Positions 46,279-57,283 are shown, counted from the first letter of the stretch. The stretch: DNA of 64,000 bases from an uncultured Candidatus Saccharibacteria bacterium (GCA_964473025.1 CAYYMZ010000002.1:3241-67240), one strand, 5' to 3'. The notes: generated by a model not told the origin, from the letters alone. Made by a program: numbers and translations.

Positions 46279-48057
46279 TTGTGTGGAATAACAGCTTATA
46301 TTGGGGACAAAAATGGGGCCGAGGTAGTTGTTGACGGATTAAAACGGCTTGAATATCGCGGATATGATTCGTGGGGGCTGGCGGCAAAAGAAGATGGAAA
46401 AATCATTTCTCATAAGCAAGTTGGAAAAATTGGAGGGTTTGAACTTAAAAGAGATTTGCCCAAATTTTCTGGCCCGGTCTGCATCGGACACACGCGCTGG
46501 GCAACTCATGGTGGAGTAACTGAAAAAAATTCTCATCCGCACTTCTCCTGTGATAAAAAAATTGCCGTTGTCCACAATGGCATTATTGAAAACTACCAAG
46601 AACTGCGAGAGGAACTTGAGAAAAAAGGGCACAAGTTTATTTCTCAAACCGATACCGAAGTCATCGCTCATTTAATTGAACAAACTGCAAAAAAAGAGAA
46701 GGGCTTTGTCCAGGCGGTAAGGAAATCGCTCAAACTTCTCGAAGGCAGCTTTGCTCTCGCGATTATTAATCAGGAAAATAATATTTTAATCGGCGCGAGA
46801 TATGGCAGCCCGTTAGTATTTGGGATCGGCAAAAATGAATATTTTTTAGGTTCAGATGTTCCCGCTTTCTTAAAATATACGGATAAAGTAGTTTTTCTGG
46901 ATGAAATGCAACTGGTTGTGGTTGACGATAAGGCAAAATACCAGATATTGGATATTACCTCCGGCAAAAAAATAAATTCCAAAATAACTAAAATCGAGTG
47001 GTCTCTCAATGAAGCGGAAAAGGGCGGTTATCCGCACTTTATGATTAAAGAAATGCTGGAGCAACCGCAGGTAATTGAAAAAACGATGGCCGAGAACGAA
47101 GGTGAGCTTAAGCGCGCTGCGGCATTGATTAAAAAGTCAAAAAGAATTTTCGTGGTTGCCTGCGGCACGGCATTACACGCCGGAATGTACGGAAGTTATC
47201 TCTTGGCCAAGGAAAATAATCTCTTTTTGCAACCAATTTCAGCAGGAGAATTTCCCCACTTCGCCCATCTTTTAAAAAAAGATGATTTGGTGATTACCGT
47301 TTCACAGTCGGGGGAAACAGCCGACGTTTTGGAAGCAGTAAAAAGTGCGCACAACGCAGGAGCAAAAGTACTCTCGCTTGTGAATGTAATGGGATCATCG
47401 TTAATGCGAATGTCTGATTCCTCCATCCTGACCAAAGCAGGGCCGGAGATTTGTGTTCTTTCCACCAAGGCCTACATTTCCCAACAAGCAATGTTTGTTA
47501 TGCTCTCTGCCGCAATGAAAGGAAATTTAAAAGAGGGGAAAAAAGCGCTGGAAATCACCAAGCGCGATATCGAAAAAATTCTCTCCAAAAGCTCACTTCA
47601 AAAAATCAAGAAAATGGCTAAAAAACTGGCCAGGGTTGACAATATTTATGCCTTGGGACGCGGGACTAATTATCCAAATGCGCTTGAGGCCTGCCTTAAA
47701 ATCAAAGAGGTTTCCTACATTCACGCCGAGGGCTTTGCGGGTGGAGATCTGAAACACGGCCCCATCGCCCTGATTGAAAAGGGCGTTCCGGTTTTGGTTT
47801 TTGCCGCCAATGATGAGTCGGAAAGGGAAATTATCTCTAACGCAATGGAAGTTAAGGCGCGCGGGGCAGAAGTAATTGGGATTGCAACGCAAAAAAATCA
47901 GGTCTTCGACGAGTATTTGCCCGTTCAGCCGAATGGATTTTATACCCCGCTTGCTTCGATTGTTTACCCTCAATTGCTTTCTTATTACATTGCTCTCGAG
48001 AAAAAACTTGATCCCGACAAACCGCGAAACCTCGCAAAATCGGTGACCGTAAAATAG
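46279..48057 (+). CDS. glmS: Glutamine--fructose-6-phosphate aminotransferase
   Basis: MCGI, LEYRGYDS, GHTRWATHG, SQSGETAD, PRNLAKSVTV. Confidence 0.98.
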   Translation: MCGITAYIGDKNGAEVVVDGLKRLEYRGYDSWGLAAKEDGKIISHKQVGKIGGFELKRDLPKFSGPVCIGHTRWATHGGVTEKNSHPHFSCDKKIAVVHNGIIENYQELREELEKKGHKFISQTDTEVIAHLIEQTAKKEKGFVQAVRKSLKLLEGSFALAIINQENNILIGARYGSPLVFGIGKNEYFLGSDVPAFLKYTDKVVFLDEMQLVVVDDKAKYQILDITSGKKINSKITKIEWSLNEAEKGGYPHFMIKEMLEQPQVIEKTMAENEGELKRAAALIKKSKRIFVVACGTALHAGMYGSYLLAKENNLFLQPISAGEFPHFAHLLKKDDLVITVSQSGETADVLEAVKSAHNAGAKVLSLVNVMGSSLMRMSDSSILTKAGPEICVLSTKAYISQQAMFVMLSAAMKGNLKEGKKALEITKRDIEKILSKSSLQKIKKMAKKLARVDNIYALGRGTNYPNALEACLKIKEVSYIHAEGFAGGDLKHGPIALIEKGVPVLVFAANDESEREIISNAMEVKARGAEVIGIATQKNQVFDEYLPVQPNGFYTPLASIVYPQLLSYYIALEKKLDPDKPRNLAKSVTVK

Positions 48058-48098
48058 CTTGCGACCTTTTACCTGTGGTATAATAAACTCGGAGGGAA

Positions 48099-48308
48099 AT
48101 GGATAAAGATAAAAATGGCTCAGCTAATACAACTGGTGTTTTTATTTTGGTAGTCGTTGTAGTAGGTATAATCTTGGGCATCGCTGGTTTCTTGTTGGGA
48201 TTTTGGATGAAAGGCGTGTCTTGCGATTCCTCGAAGTGCATTTTACCGATCTCGAATGACGGATCCTTACCACCCGTTCCACCAGAACCAACCAGGCCAA
48301 ATAAGTAG
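48099..48308 (+). CDS. Small membrane protein
   Basis: GGAGG RBS, one TM, Pro-rich tail. Confidence 0.65.
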   Translation: MDKDKNGSANTTGVFILVVVVVGIILGIAGFLLGFWMKGVSCDSSKCILPISNDGSLPPVPPEPTRPNK

Positions 48309-48314
48309 TTAAAA

Positions 48315-49484
48315 ATGAAAAAATTTTCCAAAATATTCTATTTTGTTTTAATAGCCGCGTCTTTAGTTTTAATCCCATTGGGAGTTGCGCACGCCCAGTA
48401 TTCATTTACTCCAGAGTTAGGGAAGTGGTATTACGTCGGTGGTCCCGATACCTTAAATAAAAACAATCTAATCAGACTTGCCCCCGATACAGGATGGGAA
48501 GGTCCGTGCAGCCTTGGAACAAACAGCGATCATTACCACAATGGCCAAGCCAGCGACCCGAGCAAACCAAACCTCCGCGACAGCAAAATCAGCACTAAGA
48601 ACTCAACTTTTGAATACGCGGTTGTATTTACAAAAAAAATTGATAGTCAGTCCGATATTGACCATTGGGTAAATTTAACAGACCCTATAAGCGAACCGGA
48701 TTATGGACTTTTGAGATGTACTGAAAAAAACGGCGATTTCAGCTGCCAGATTCCTGCGACTGTCAAAGGATTAGTTAAAGAAATGCAATACCTAGACAAC
48801 TGGACAGATTCCAGTACGGGCACAGTTTATGTTGGAACTCACTCCGTTTTAAAAAACATAAAAGACAAACCCGAGTGCGAGTTTTATTACCGTAAAGTCG
48901 CCGATTACTCCTCTTCTCAAGTTGCGCCAGCTGCGCAATCAAATGATTCGGATGCAACACTTGCCCAGACTAATAACCCCAATTCGGTAACCAATTACCC
49001 CGTAGGGAGTTGTGTCGAAAATCCTAAAGGCAGTGGTATCCAATGGCAACAATTGGCTGATGGTAGCTGGGCTCCGTCAGGTGATCCGCTTAATTTCTGC
49101 GAAACAGGTGGGCTGCCTTCAAATTGGCAGGACTCAACCCAATATAACCCGTGGTTGAGGTCAGGGCTTGACTATCAGTTCCCATACACTCAAAACATCG
49201 GTTATTCTCCTTGGGGCACAAACTACCCCGGCGGTTACGGCAACTATCAAGATTATTTTATAAACTGTGTTATAGCTCAAAGCATTGTCTCGCGCCCTGA
49301 ATGCCAGATGTTTCCCCGTATTTCCAATTTTTATCTTAATCCTTATAATTCTAATAACGCCCTAACTGTTGGCGGGGTTCTCAACGGGCAAGTAGTAGCC
49401 GCGCAGATTCCGCTAAGCAAAAAAGTTAGCGAAATCGTTAAAACCGTCGCAATGGGTTGGACTCTAAGCCAACTGTTTAAATAA
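48315..49484 (+). CDS. Secreted hypothetical protein (Cys pairs, N/P/Y-rich)
   Basis: Signal peptide ending AHA, 389-aa open frame. Confidence 0.75.
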   Translation: MKKFSKIFYFVLIAASLVLIPLGVAHAQYSFTPELGKWYYVGGPDTLNKNNLIRLAPDTGWEGPCSLGTNSDHYHNGQASDPSKPNLRDSKISTKNSTFEYAVVFTKKIDSQSDIDHWVNLTDPISEPDYGLLRCTEKNGDFSCQIPATVKGLVKEMQYLDNWTDSSTGTVYVGTHSVLKNIKDKPECEFYYRKVADYSSSQVAPAAQSNDSDATLAQTNNPNSVTNYPVGSCVENPKGSGIQWQQLADGSWAPSGDPLNFCETGGLPSNWQDSTQYNPWLRSGLDYQFPYTQNIGYSPWGTNYPGGYGNYQDYFINCVIAQSIVSRPECQMFPRISNFYLNPYNSNNALTVGGVLNGQVVAAQIPLSKKVSEIVKTVAMGWTLSQLFK

Positions 49485-49488
49485 AAAA

Positions 49489-49598
49489 TTCGGCTTATAT
49501 GATTTTGCCGAAGCACCTCGGAAGCGTCGGATGCGCTAAAATATCTTAAAGCGCGTCCGACGACCCGTACGTGCCGAGGTAAATAAGTATAAGCCGAA
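49489..49598 (+). other. Long branched intergenic hairpin element
   Basis: ttcggcttata...tataagccgaa closing stem; inner cgtcggatgcgc/gcgcgtccgacg; shares cgtgccga with copies A and B. Confidence 0.65.
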
Positions 49599-49603
49599 AA
49601 CAA

Positions 49604-50467
49604 TTAAAGGTCTGCCGTATTTTGGATCAAGGCCATCCACTGGTCGCGGGTTAGCTCTTCCGGCCTCATGTCCAGGTTGATCCCTGATTTTTGGGCCAAA
49701 TCTGCCGCTTTTTCAGGGGGAATTTTGAGCGATGAGAAGAGAGAGTTTTTTATCATTTTCCGTTTTCCGGAAAATGAAAGTTTTATTATTTTTAAAGCAT
49801 ATTTAGCTGAAAAAGGGAGGGGTTTAATATCTTTGAGCTCTATTACCGCGGAATCAACTTCGGGAGCAGGATAGAAAAAATTCTTCGGGACTTTCTCGAT
49901 AATTTTAACCGAGCCGAACAGTTCGAGAAAGGCAGTCAATATCCCCCTGTTAGAATCATGCGGGGCAGCAATAAAACGGTCGGCAACTTCACGCTGCACC
50001 ATCACAACCATCTTGTCAGGAAGTGTTGGACAAACTGTTAATAGCGAAATTATTACTGGTGAAGAAATATTGTAAGGGAGATTGGATATAACCTTAAAAG
50101 GCCCGCCTGCACCAGCTATGCCGGAGGCATTGCGGGCAGGGGATTTAACTTGTAAATTCGGAATCAATAAAAGTGCGTCATCGCAAATTATCTTGAATTT
50201 CTTATTTTTAAACTCCCCTTTTAAATATTCACAAAACTTACGATCTTTTTCGCATAAAATAATTTCACGGGCAGAAGAGGAGGCAAGTCCTTCGGTCAGG
50301 ACGCCCAGCCCCGGCCCAATTTCTAAAATTGTGTCATCTTCACAAATTTCGGCCGTGCGCACCATCGTTTCAACAACCGAAAGGGAGACCAAAAAATGCT
50401 GACCGAGTGATTTTTTGGCTTCGGTCCCATATAAACTCAAGATTTTCTTTATTCGGTCTCGATCCAT
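49604..50467 (-). CDS. rsmA: 16S rRNA dimethyltransferase RsmA/KsgA (with a 39-bp in-frame insert)
   Basis: KKSLGQHFL, LEIGPGLG.LT, SNLPYNIS, MVQREVA, FYPAP.VDS. Confidence 0.96.
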   Translation of the reverse strand: MDRDRIKKILSLYGTEAKKSLGQHFLVSLSVVETMVRTAEICEDDTILEIGPGLGVLTEGLASSSAREIILCEKDRKFCEYLKGEFKNKKFKIICDDALLLIPNLQVKSPARNASGIAGAGGPFKVISNLPYNISSPVIISLLTVCPTLPDKMVVMVQREVADRFIAAPHDSNRGILTAFLELFGSVKIIEKVPKNFFYPAPEVDSAVIELKDIKPLPFSAKYALKIIKLSFSGKRKMIKNSLFSSLKIPPEKAADLAQKSGINLDMRPEELTRDQWMALIQNTADL

Positions 50468-51438
50468 TATTGTTTCAGTTCCTCAACCAGAACCGATGGC
50501 CCAGCTCCATTGCCGTTAAATCGTAATTCGTCCAAAATACTCCAAGATAAATCAAGTACGACTCCCGAGGGAGCGGAGGCCGTGCCCCAAGTGTAACTTA
50601 CGGTTTTAATAATTGATACCCCGCTCGAGACATTGGTAATGCGAATTAGAGTACCCCTTCTATAATTTGCGCTGACGACTGCATTTGAAAGATTGGTGGC
50701 GGTAGCTACACCTCTAACCGAGCTTAAAACAACGACCCTTGTCCCGTTTTTAATAATTTTTGTCTGTGGTTCTTCTTCGACCGTCCGATTAACCAAGGTC
50801 CTCGAAACCTCCAGACCATTTTCGCGGCGAACCTCATAAGTAATCTTCTTTTTCCCATTTTTGCCCGCCTGCTGGATTACTTGTTTGCCACGCTCCAGCG
50901 TCGGATCGTCTATGGTCTTCGTCTGGTAGGGGAGTGTCTGGAATTCATCAATTTGCGCAACCGACACTCTGGTGATTTTAATTGAATTTGCAAGCGGGGA
51001 CTGACCAACCGGCGGGTCCACCTGATCTTCATTTGCTAAAACAACTCCATTTTCAGCGAGGATGTCCCCTACCGTTTTTTTAAAACTGGAGAAGGTGAGT
51101 GCCTGCTCCCCGTCTTGAACCTTGTAGACCGGTGCAGTAAATATTGCCTGAATACCGCCCAAGCCAAACCTTGGATCGAAGATGTTGACGATTCTTTGCG
51201 AATGATTAAATTGCATTTCACTTGCCCCCTCTTCCCCTGGCATGAGGTACCTGATTTCAGGTATAGGTGAGATTTCATCGGGGGTAAAATCAGCCAGCAC
51301 GATCGCTCGGGAAACCAAAAAATCATTATCGAAGTTTATTTGGCTTGCGGCCTTGGCTACGGTTGACGCGGCGACACATAGAATAAAGCCAACCGTCAAA
51401 ACTAAACCTACCAGAGATATTAAACCCCTCTTGTTCAT
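50467..51438 (-). CDS. DUF348/G5-domain protein (YabE/RpfB-like)
   Basis: TVGD.L...GV.L..ED.V.P, G5 domain (G..G.K...Y....NG), DPBB-like C-terminus; usual position upstream of ksgA. Confidence 0.85.
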   Translation of the reverse strand: MNKRGLISLVGLVLTVGFILCVAASTVAKAASQINFDNDFLVSRAIVLADFTPDEISPIPEIRYLMPGEEGASEMQFNHSQRIVNIFDPRFGLGGIQAIFTAPVYKVQDGEQALTFSSFKKTVGDILAENGVVLANEDQVDPPVGQSPLANSIKITRVSVAQIDEFQTLPYQTKTIDDPTLERGKQVIQQAGKNGKKKITYEVRRENGLEVSRTLVNRTVEEEPQTKIIKNGTRVVVLSSVRGVATATNLSNAVVSANYRRGTLIRITNVSSGVSIIKTVSYTWGTASAPSGVVLDLSWSILDELRFNGNGAGPSVLVEELKQ

Positions 51439-51487
51439 GTATGTTATAAGATATTATATTTGGCTGCTTGATGCAAGTAGTTAAACA

Positions 51488-51628
51488 GTGCGAAGGTGTT
51501 TTGCTTTGAGGCCGTCCGGAGCCCGAATGGGCATGGTTTCTGCCTTAGCAGAAGAATGAGGGCGAGGTTGAGCGCGATTTTCACGCTGGGAAAATCGACG
51601 CGTGCCGAGAAGTAAGGATACCTGAGCA
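51488..51628 (+). ncRNA. Repeated structured intergenic element, copy B (unknown family)
   Basis: 22-bp identity with 13779-13800 plus covarying stems. Confidence 0.6.
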
Positions 51629-51633
51629 ATTTT

Positions 51634-53499
51634 TCATAACTCGATTACCTCAATTTCATCTTGCGGAAGTTCGGTCAAAAATCTTGAGGGGGTTGACTGC
51701 TGAAAACTGCCATAAACAAACCGGCTAAGCGAATACCCCAAATAAAGACGTTCCATGGCACGCGTCATACCAACATAAAACAGACGGCGCTCTTCCTCGA
51801 GCTGGAATTGATCGCCAAGGGAGTTTGCGTGCGGGAAAAGACCCTCCTCCATGCCGGTAATAAAAACGACCGGAAATTCAAGCCCTTTGGCTAAATGCAC
51901 TGTCATGAGCGTCAGGACATCATCCGATTCTTTGTAATCATCAAGGTCGGAAACCAAGGCGACTCTTTCTAAAAATTCTTCAAGATTATTAAAATTAGAG
52001 GCCGCCGCTTTTAATTCCTCAATATTTTCAAGTCGGGTTTGTGATTCAAAAGTTCCATCACTTAAATAATCTTTATAAGACGAAATTCGGATTATTTCAC
52101 CGATTAAGGCGTCGGGTGAAGATGTGGCTGCTCTTGCGCGGAGTTCATCCATCATTTTTATAAAACTTGCGTATTTTGGGATAGCGTCTATGGCAGATTT
52201 GGGGTCGTCAAGAATTTTATTCAATGTTTTGTCCCCGATGCCTCTGGGCGGACAGTTGATAACACGGGAGAGAGAAATAACATCATCCGGATTTTGAATC
52301 AAACGAAGATATGCAATAATATCTTTTATTTCGCGTCTTTCATAAAATCGCACTCCCCCGAAAATACGGTAGGGGATCCCGTAGTTTAGAAGCTGTTCTT
52401 CAAAAAGTCGTGATTGCGCATTGGTGCGATATAACACGGCGAAGTCACTATATGACCGTCCCTCCCCTGCCCTAAGGGATGAAACTTCCTCTAGAAAAAA
52501 TTCTATCTCCCCTCTTTTTTCGTGCGCCCCCACCACCACAACCGGCGCACCGCTATCTTTTTTCGAGAATAGTTTTTTATCGGAGCGCATTGCGTTGTTT
52601 TTAATTACCCTCTGTGCGGCACTTAAAATTGGTATGGTTGAGCGGTAGTTTTCTTCCAAGAAAATAATTTTTGCGTCGGGATAATCTTTATTAAAATCTA
52701 AAATATTTTGAAACTTGGCCCCGCGAAAGGAGTAAATTGACTGCCAGTCGTCCCCTATTGCAAAGATGTTACGATTTTTATTCGCCAACAATTTTAAAAA
52801 TATATATTGGGCGTGGTTCGTATCTTGATATTCGTCGATTAAAATATATCGGAAACGGTTTTGATATTTGGCTAAAACGTCCAGCCGCGTCTGAAGAAGC
52901 TCAACTGTTTTAAAAATAAGGTCGTCAAAATCAAATGCGCCGGCCCCTTTCAAAATTTTTTCGTAGCGTGAAAAAACCTTTAGAACAATTTCCTGAAAAT
53001 GCTCCACGGCATATGCAGCGTATTGTTTGGCGCCGATCAATTCTCCCTTAGCTTGAGAAATATATGTTCTTATCGCCTTGGGGTTATACTTTTTGGGATC
53101 GATGTTTAATTCCGACATCGCTTTTTTGACAGCGCGGATGGCATCGTCTTCATCAAAAATGGTGAAGCTTTTTGGATAGTCCAAATTTTGGGCTTCGCGG
53201 CGTAAAATTTTAACGCAAATAGAGTGGAATGTTCCGAGCCAAAAAAGGTTTGATTTAATTTTTGAATCTGCCGACAGGAGCTTGTCGATTCTCTCGCGCA
53301 TATTATTGGCTGCTTTATTCGTAAAGGTAACCGCCAAAATATTATCGGGTAAAGCTTGTTTTTCTTTTATTAAATAAGCTAAGCGATGAGTAAGTGTTCT
53401 TGTTTTTCCCGATCCCGCTCCGGCAAGGATTAATACTGGCCCATCCGTCGCGAGGACCGCTTCCCTTTGTTGCTCATTTAAGCCGTCAAATATGTTCAT
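51634..53499 (-). CDS. pcrA: ATP-dependent DNA helicase PcrA/UvrD
   Basis: LAGAGSGKT, TFTNKAA, DEYQDTN, GDDWQSIY.FRGA, EERRLFYVGMTRA. Confidence 0.96.
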   Translation of the reverse strand: MNIFDGLNEQQREAVLATDGPVLILAGAGSGKTRTLTHRLAYLIKEKQALPDNILAVTFTNKAANNMRERIDKLLSADSKIKSNLFWLGTFHSICVKILRREAQNLDYPKSFTIFDEDDAIRAVKKAMSELNIDPKKYNPKAIRTYISQAKGELIGAKQYAAYAVEHFQEIVLKVFSRYEKILKGAGAFDFDDLIFKTVELLQTRLDVLAKYQNRFRYILIDEYQDTNHAQYIFLKLLANKNRNIFAIGDDWQSIYSFRGAKFQNILDFNKDYPDAKIIFLEENYRSTIPILSAAQRVIKNNAMRSDKKLFSKKDSGAPVVVVGAHEKRGEIEFFLEEVSSLRAGEGRSYSDFAVLYRTNAQSRLFEEQLLNYGIPYRIFGGVRFYERREIKDIIAYLRLIQNPDDVISLSRVINCPPRGIGDKTLNKILDDPKSAIDAIPKYASFIKMMDELRARAATSSPDALIGEIIRISSYKDYLSDGTFESQTRLENIEELKAAASNFNNLEEFLERVALVSDLDDYKESDDVLTLMTVHLAKGLEFPVVFITGMEEGLFPHANSLGDQFQLEEERRLFYVGMTRAMERLYLGYSLSRFVYGSFQQSTPSRFLTELPQDEIEVIEL

Positions 53500-53521
53500 G
53501 AACTTAAAACTATCAAATTTG

Positions 53522-53551
53522 TTGCATTTTTGGAAATAAGTGGTGTATAAT
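53522..53551 (+). promoter_or_regulatory. Sigma70-type promoter
   Basis: TTGCAT-18 nt-TATAAT upstream of 53589. Confidence 0.6.
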
Positions 53552-53588
53552 TTACATGTATCAACAGTTGATCTTAAGGTAGGGGTTA

Positions 53589-55238
53589 ATGAAGAAAACA
53601 GAGGAAACGCCGAAAGTAATGCATATTGGCGGATGGACTGCAGCAGTCATCGGTGCAGCCGTTTTTGCGGCTGTAGTCGGGGTATTTATGTATCAAAAGG
53701 CAAACGCTCCGATTGAAGCGGCGATAGAAGCACCTGCAGCGGCCGCTCCAGCATCTACCGCTGCTGAAACTTGCTCAAATGTCGCTCTTAATAATTATCC
53801 AGGAATGGATGTAGTCAATGCTGGTGCCGCTGAGTATAAGCATGAAATTTTCGAAAGTCAGATGGGCGGAACCTGGCGATGCAATGAATATTGCATTCCG
53901 GGGGTTGAGGAAGGTAGCTATACCAGTGCCAAAAGCCAGCAGGCTATTAAAACCTATCTTTCAGGCAAAACAATGGGCGGTCAGCAGGTTAATGTGGTCC
54001 AAAGCGGCCAGAATTTTCAGAAGTTATTATTACCAACCCCCAATGGCACAACAATGGCACGCACCGTAATCTTAGATGCATCAAAAAAAGAGTGCTTAGG
54101 TTACAATAAGGGTAAGGGGTGGAGCACGAATTATGAAAAAATGGTTGATGCTAACGGGACAGTAACTGCTCCGGCCGTTGAAAACTTAACTGCAGCTGAC
54201 GCCGAAAAATATCAAGAGGATATGACAAAACAAGAGGCCGCAAAGCAAGTAACGGCTAAGCCCGCTGAAACTTCAATAGGATCAGTACCCGTGTCTGGAG
54301 TTGATTCTGACACAAGGAGTATAAAGGGAAATCAAGACGGGCAGTCGGCAACGGTTACCGGTCCAGACGGCACTGAAACAACCGTGCTGACTCCAGAAAC
54401 GAGCAAAAGCGAATTTGTCAGATGCATGAAAACCGTAAATGATCACCTAACGAACAGGTCTTGGCTAAGCAAATTATTAGGCAAAGAAAAAGAATATGTA
54501 AAGGAATATGGCGGTATCAAAACGCTAACCGGCTATCCTGATGAAGATTTAATGACCAGTAAAATGCCAGCTGCCAGTGATGTGGAAAAGGCAAGAGAGA
54601 ACTGCTTTGCGCTTTCTGATAAAATAAACACTCAATATAAGGTTGCTGTAGAAGCAGCAACAGCAGCTAGTTCAAGAGACATCACTAACGATCCCGAATC
54701 AGTGGAGGGAAAAATACTGCTTGCGAAGTCAACAAGATTGGTTGTTAGAGGGGATATGTTTTTTGCCGATCAAGCCCCGTATATTGACAACGAGACAATA
54801 GTTTATGCCCGTGTCGGTGAACTTAATCTAAGTACAAAGATCAGGCGCGACAACGGTTACTTTGATGCTAGCCATCCGACTCGGTATCAAATGGTTCTCA
54901 ATGTAGATCAAAGCTGGCTTGCAAATACAATAAAAAATAAAAATAATGTCACCGTCTGGCTCTTCGGTTGGAACAGTGGAGGGGCAAAATATTACACGAG
55001 GGATATAATCGACTCCTACACTTTTGGTAAGCAGAGTTTTTCTCTCGCGACCACGGGAGACACGGTGACTGTTTTTCTCGACTTGGGTAAAAAGACACTT
55101 AAATCCAATTACGTATCAGGATTGTGGATTACTGGGGGCAAGAATCTGCCACCTCTTTACGAAAGAGGTCAAAGCAAGTGGCAAACGGTTACAAAATTCA
55201 AACAAATATTTGGTATCAGCGGAGATTTTAGAGACTAG
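53589..55238 (+). CDS. Membrane-anchored extracellular hypothetical protein
   Basis: N-terminal TM, Ala/Thr-rich linkers, Cys pairs, 549 aa. Confidence 0.78.
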   Translation: MKKTEETPKVMHIGGWTAAVIGAAVFAAVVGVFMYQKANAPIEAAIEAPAAAAPASTAAETCSNVALNNYPGMDVVNAGAAEYKHEIFESQMGGTWRCNEYCIPGVEEGSYTSAKSQQAIKTYLSGKTMGGQQVNVVQSGQNFQKLLLPTPNGTTMARTVILDASKKECLGYNKGKGWSTNYEKMVDANGTVTAPAVENLTAADAEKYQEDMTKQEAAKQVTAKPAETSIGSVPVSGVDSDTRSIKGNQDGQSATVTGPDGTETTVLTPETSKSEFVRCMKTVNDHLTNRSWLSKLLGKEKEYVKEYGGIKTLTGYPDEDLMTSKMPAASDVEKARENCFALSDKINTQYKVAVEAATAASSRDITNDPESVEGKILLAKSTRLVVRGDMFFADQAPYIDNETIVYARVGELNLSTKIRRDNGYFDASHPTRYQMVLNVDQSWLANTIKNKNNVTVWLFGWNSGGAKYYTRDIIDSYTFGKQSFSLATTGDTVTVFLDLGKKTLKSNYVSGLWITGGKNLPPLYERGQSKWQTVTKFKQIFGISGDFRD

Positions 55239-55242
55239 ATAT

Positions 55243-57027
55243 TCAAATAATTTGCGCGAGTTCTTCTCTCTCGATAGTTTCTTTTTTAAGGAGTGTCTCA
55301 GCTAATTTTTTGAGTTTGGTTTTGTTTTTAGTTAGGACTTCTTTGGCCTTAGCTTCGCCTTCGCGGACAAATTTCTCTACTTCCATATCAACCTGTGAGG
55401 CAACTTTTTCGGAAACATTTTTGTGCTCGCCCAATTCGCGGCCAAGAAAGACCATCTCGTCACGCTCTTTGGTGACAATCGGGCCTAAGAGATCGCTCAT
55501 ACCATAAACCTGCACCATATCACGGGCAATTTTAGTAGCACGCTCCAAGTCATTTGATGCCCCGGTGGTAAATTCGTTAAAGATCATTTTCTCAGAAACG
55601 CGGCCGGCTAGAAGTTGGGCGATATCATTCAAGAACCCGTTTTTTGACTGCATATATTTATCTTCCCTCGGTGTGCTCCAAGTATAACCCAACGCCATGC
55701 CGCGTGAGACAATTGAGATTTTATGCAGCTCTTCTTCGGGTTTTAAGATTTTGCCGACAATCGCATGTCCCGCTTCGTGATAAGCAGAGATCTTTTTTTC
55801 TTCTTCCGACATGATTTTGCTTTTGCGCTCAGGACCCAACGTTACCTTCTCTACTGCGCGTAAAATATCAAATTCAGTCACCGTTTTTTGGTTTTGGCGC
55901 GCAGCTAAAATAGCAGCTTCGTTCATTACATTTCTTAAATCCGCGCCACTCATTCCAACCGTATGCGTGGCAACGCGGGATAAATCAACACCTTTTTCAA
56001 CCGGCTTGTTCTTGGAGTGAATTTTTAAAATCGCTACGCGCTCTTTTTTATCAGGCAGCGATAAAGCAACACGGCGGTCAAATCTGCCGGGACGCAAAAG
56101 CGCCGGATCTAGCACGTCGGGACGGTTTGTGGCCGCCAAGATGATGACACGCGTGTCTGTATCAAATCCGTCCATTTCAACCAGTATCTGATTTAAGGTC
56201 TGTTCTCGCTCATCGTGGCTGCCACCAAGGCCAGCTCCGCGCTGGCGGCCAATGGCATCTAATTCATCAATAAAAATAACACAAGGGGCATTTCTTTTTG
56301 CTTTCATAAACATATCGCGCACGCGCGAGGCACCGACACCGACAAACATCTCAACAAACTCCGAGGCGGAAATTGCAAAAAATGGGACGGCGGCTTCTCC
56401 CGCAACAGCTTTAGCTAATAGCGTTTTTCCAACTCCGGGCAAGCCCACCAGCAAAACCCCTTTTGGTATTTCTGCGCCCAAGGCCTTAAACTTAGTCGGA
56501 TTTTTCAAAAACTGAACAACCTCAACCAACTCTTCTTTTGCTTCATCTAACCCGGCTACATCGGCAAAAGTAACCTTATTGTTGGCGTTGGAAAGGCGCG
56601 CGGTTGATTTACCGAAACTCATTGCTTTCATATTGGCACCTTGGGCCTGGCGCAGCATAAAGTAAATAAATCCCCCCAAGAGCAAAAACGGTAAAACAAT
56701 ACCCAGGATCGTTGGCCAGGCACTGCCGGAATCTGGATTTTTGACATCGAGCGTAACTTTATCTGGTGTAATACCGTAATCAACCAGCGAGATCCCCTGC
56801 TCTTTGTATGACTGAAGCTGTTTGCCGTCTTTTAGATCGGCGGTTATTTTATCGTTTTGCCCGGTAATTTTTGTTATGTTGCCCAATCTAACTTCCTCCT
56901 GGATACGGCTTAAAGTAACGTTTTCGGGAGCTGTCTTGTAAAGAGGGCTGAATAAATTATAAAGAGTAGCCGCTACAAGCAGCAATACAACAACAGTTGC
57001 TATCGTTCTAATTTGATTTGGTTTCAT
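55243..57027 (-). CDS. ftsH: ATP-dependent zinc metalloprotease FtsH
   Basis: [36 protein letters not shown]. Confidence 0.99.
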   Translation of the reverse strand: MKPNQIRTIATVVVLLLVAATLYNLFSPLYKTAPENVTLSRIQEEVRLGNITKITGQNDKITADLKDGKQLQSYKEQGISLVDYGITPDKVTLDVKNPDSGSAWPTILGIVLPFLLLGGFIYFMLRQAQGANMKAMSFGKSTARLSNANNKVTFADVAGLDEAKEELVEVVQFLKNPTKFKALGAEIPKGVLLVGLPGVGKTLLAKAVAGEAAVPFFAISASEFVEMFVGVGASRVRDMFMKAKRNAPCVIFIDELDAIGRQRGAGLGGSHDEREQTLNQILVEMDGFDTDTRVIILAATNRPDVLDPALLRPGRFDRRVALSLPDKKERVAILKIHSKNKPVEKGVDLSRVATHTVGMSGADLRNVMNEAAILAARQNQKTVTEFDILRAVEKVTLGPERKSKIMSEEEKKISAYHEAGHAIVGKILKPEEELHKISIVSRGMALGYTWSTPREDKYMQSKNGFLNDIAQLLAGRVSEKMIFNEFTTGASNDLERATKIARDMVQVYGMSDLLGPIVTKERDEMVFLGRELGEHKNVSEKVASQVDMEVEKFVREGEAKAKEVLTKNKTKLKKLAETLLKKETIEREELAQII

Positions 57028-57128
57028 GATATAAGTTAAAAGTTAAAAAAATTAGTTGTGGGGCGACGTGGGATGGTGGTAGTGACCGGATTCGAACCTG
57101 TGACCTAGGGGTTATGATTCCCTCGCTC

Positions 57129-57162
57129 CCAGCCTCATCGGCTGGTCCGCCGTAGAGGCGGA
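57129..57162. repeat. Double short palindrome inserted in the D-loop
   Basis: ccagcc-tcatc-ggctgg + tccgcc-gtaga-ggcgga. Confidence 0.8.
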
Positions 57163-57166
57163 TAAC

Positions 57167-57283
57167 TTCACCCCGTTAAATGGTGGTAGCAGGAGGGTTC
57201 GAACCTCCGACCTAAGGGTTATGATTCCTTCGCTCTACCACTGAGCTATGCTACCTTCGTTATCTAATAAAATTAACGGGGCA
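57167..57283. mobile_element. Inverted-repeat-bounded cassette carrying tRNA-Met
   Basis: ttcaccccgttaa ... ttaacggggca termini. Confidence 0.72.
57181..57255 (-). tRNA. tRNA-Met(CAU), elongator-like (nested, intact)
   Basis: ggtagca/tgctacc acceptor stem, ATCATAA loop, perfect T-arm, CCA; Ile2 not formally excluded. Confidence 0.88.
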
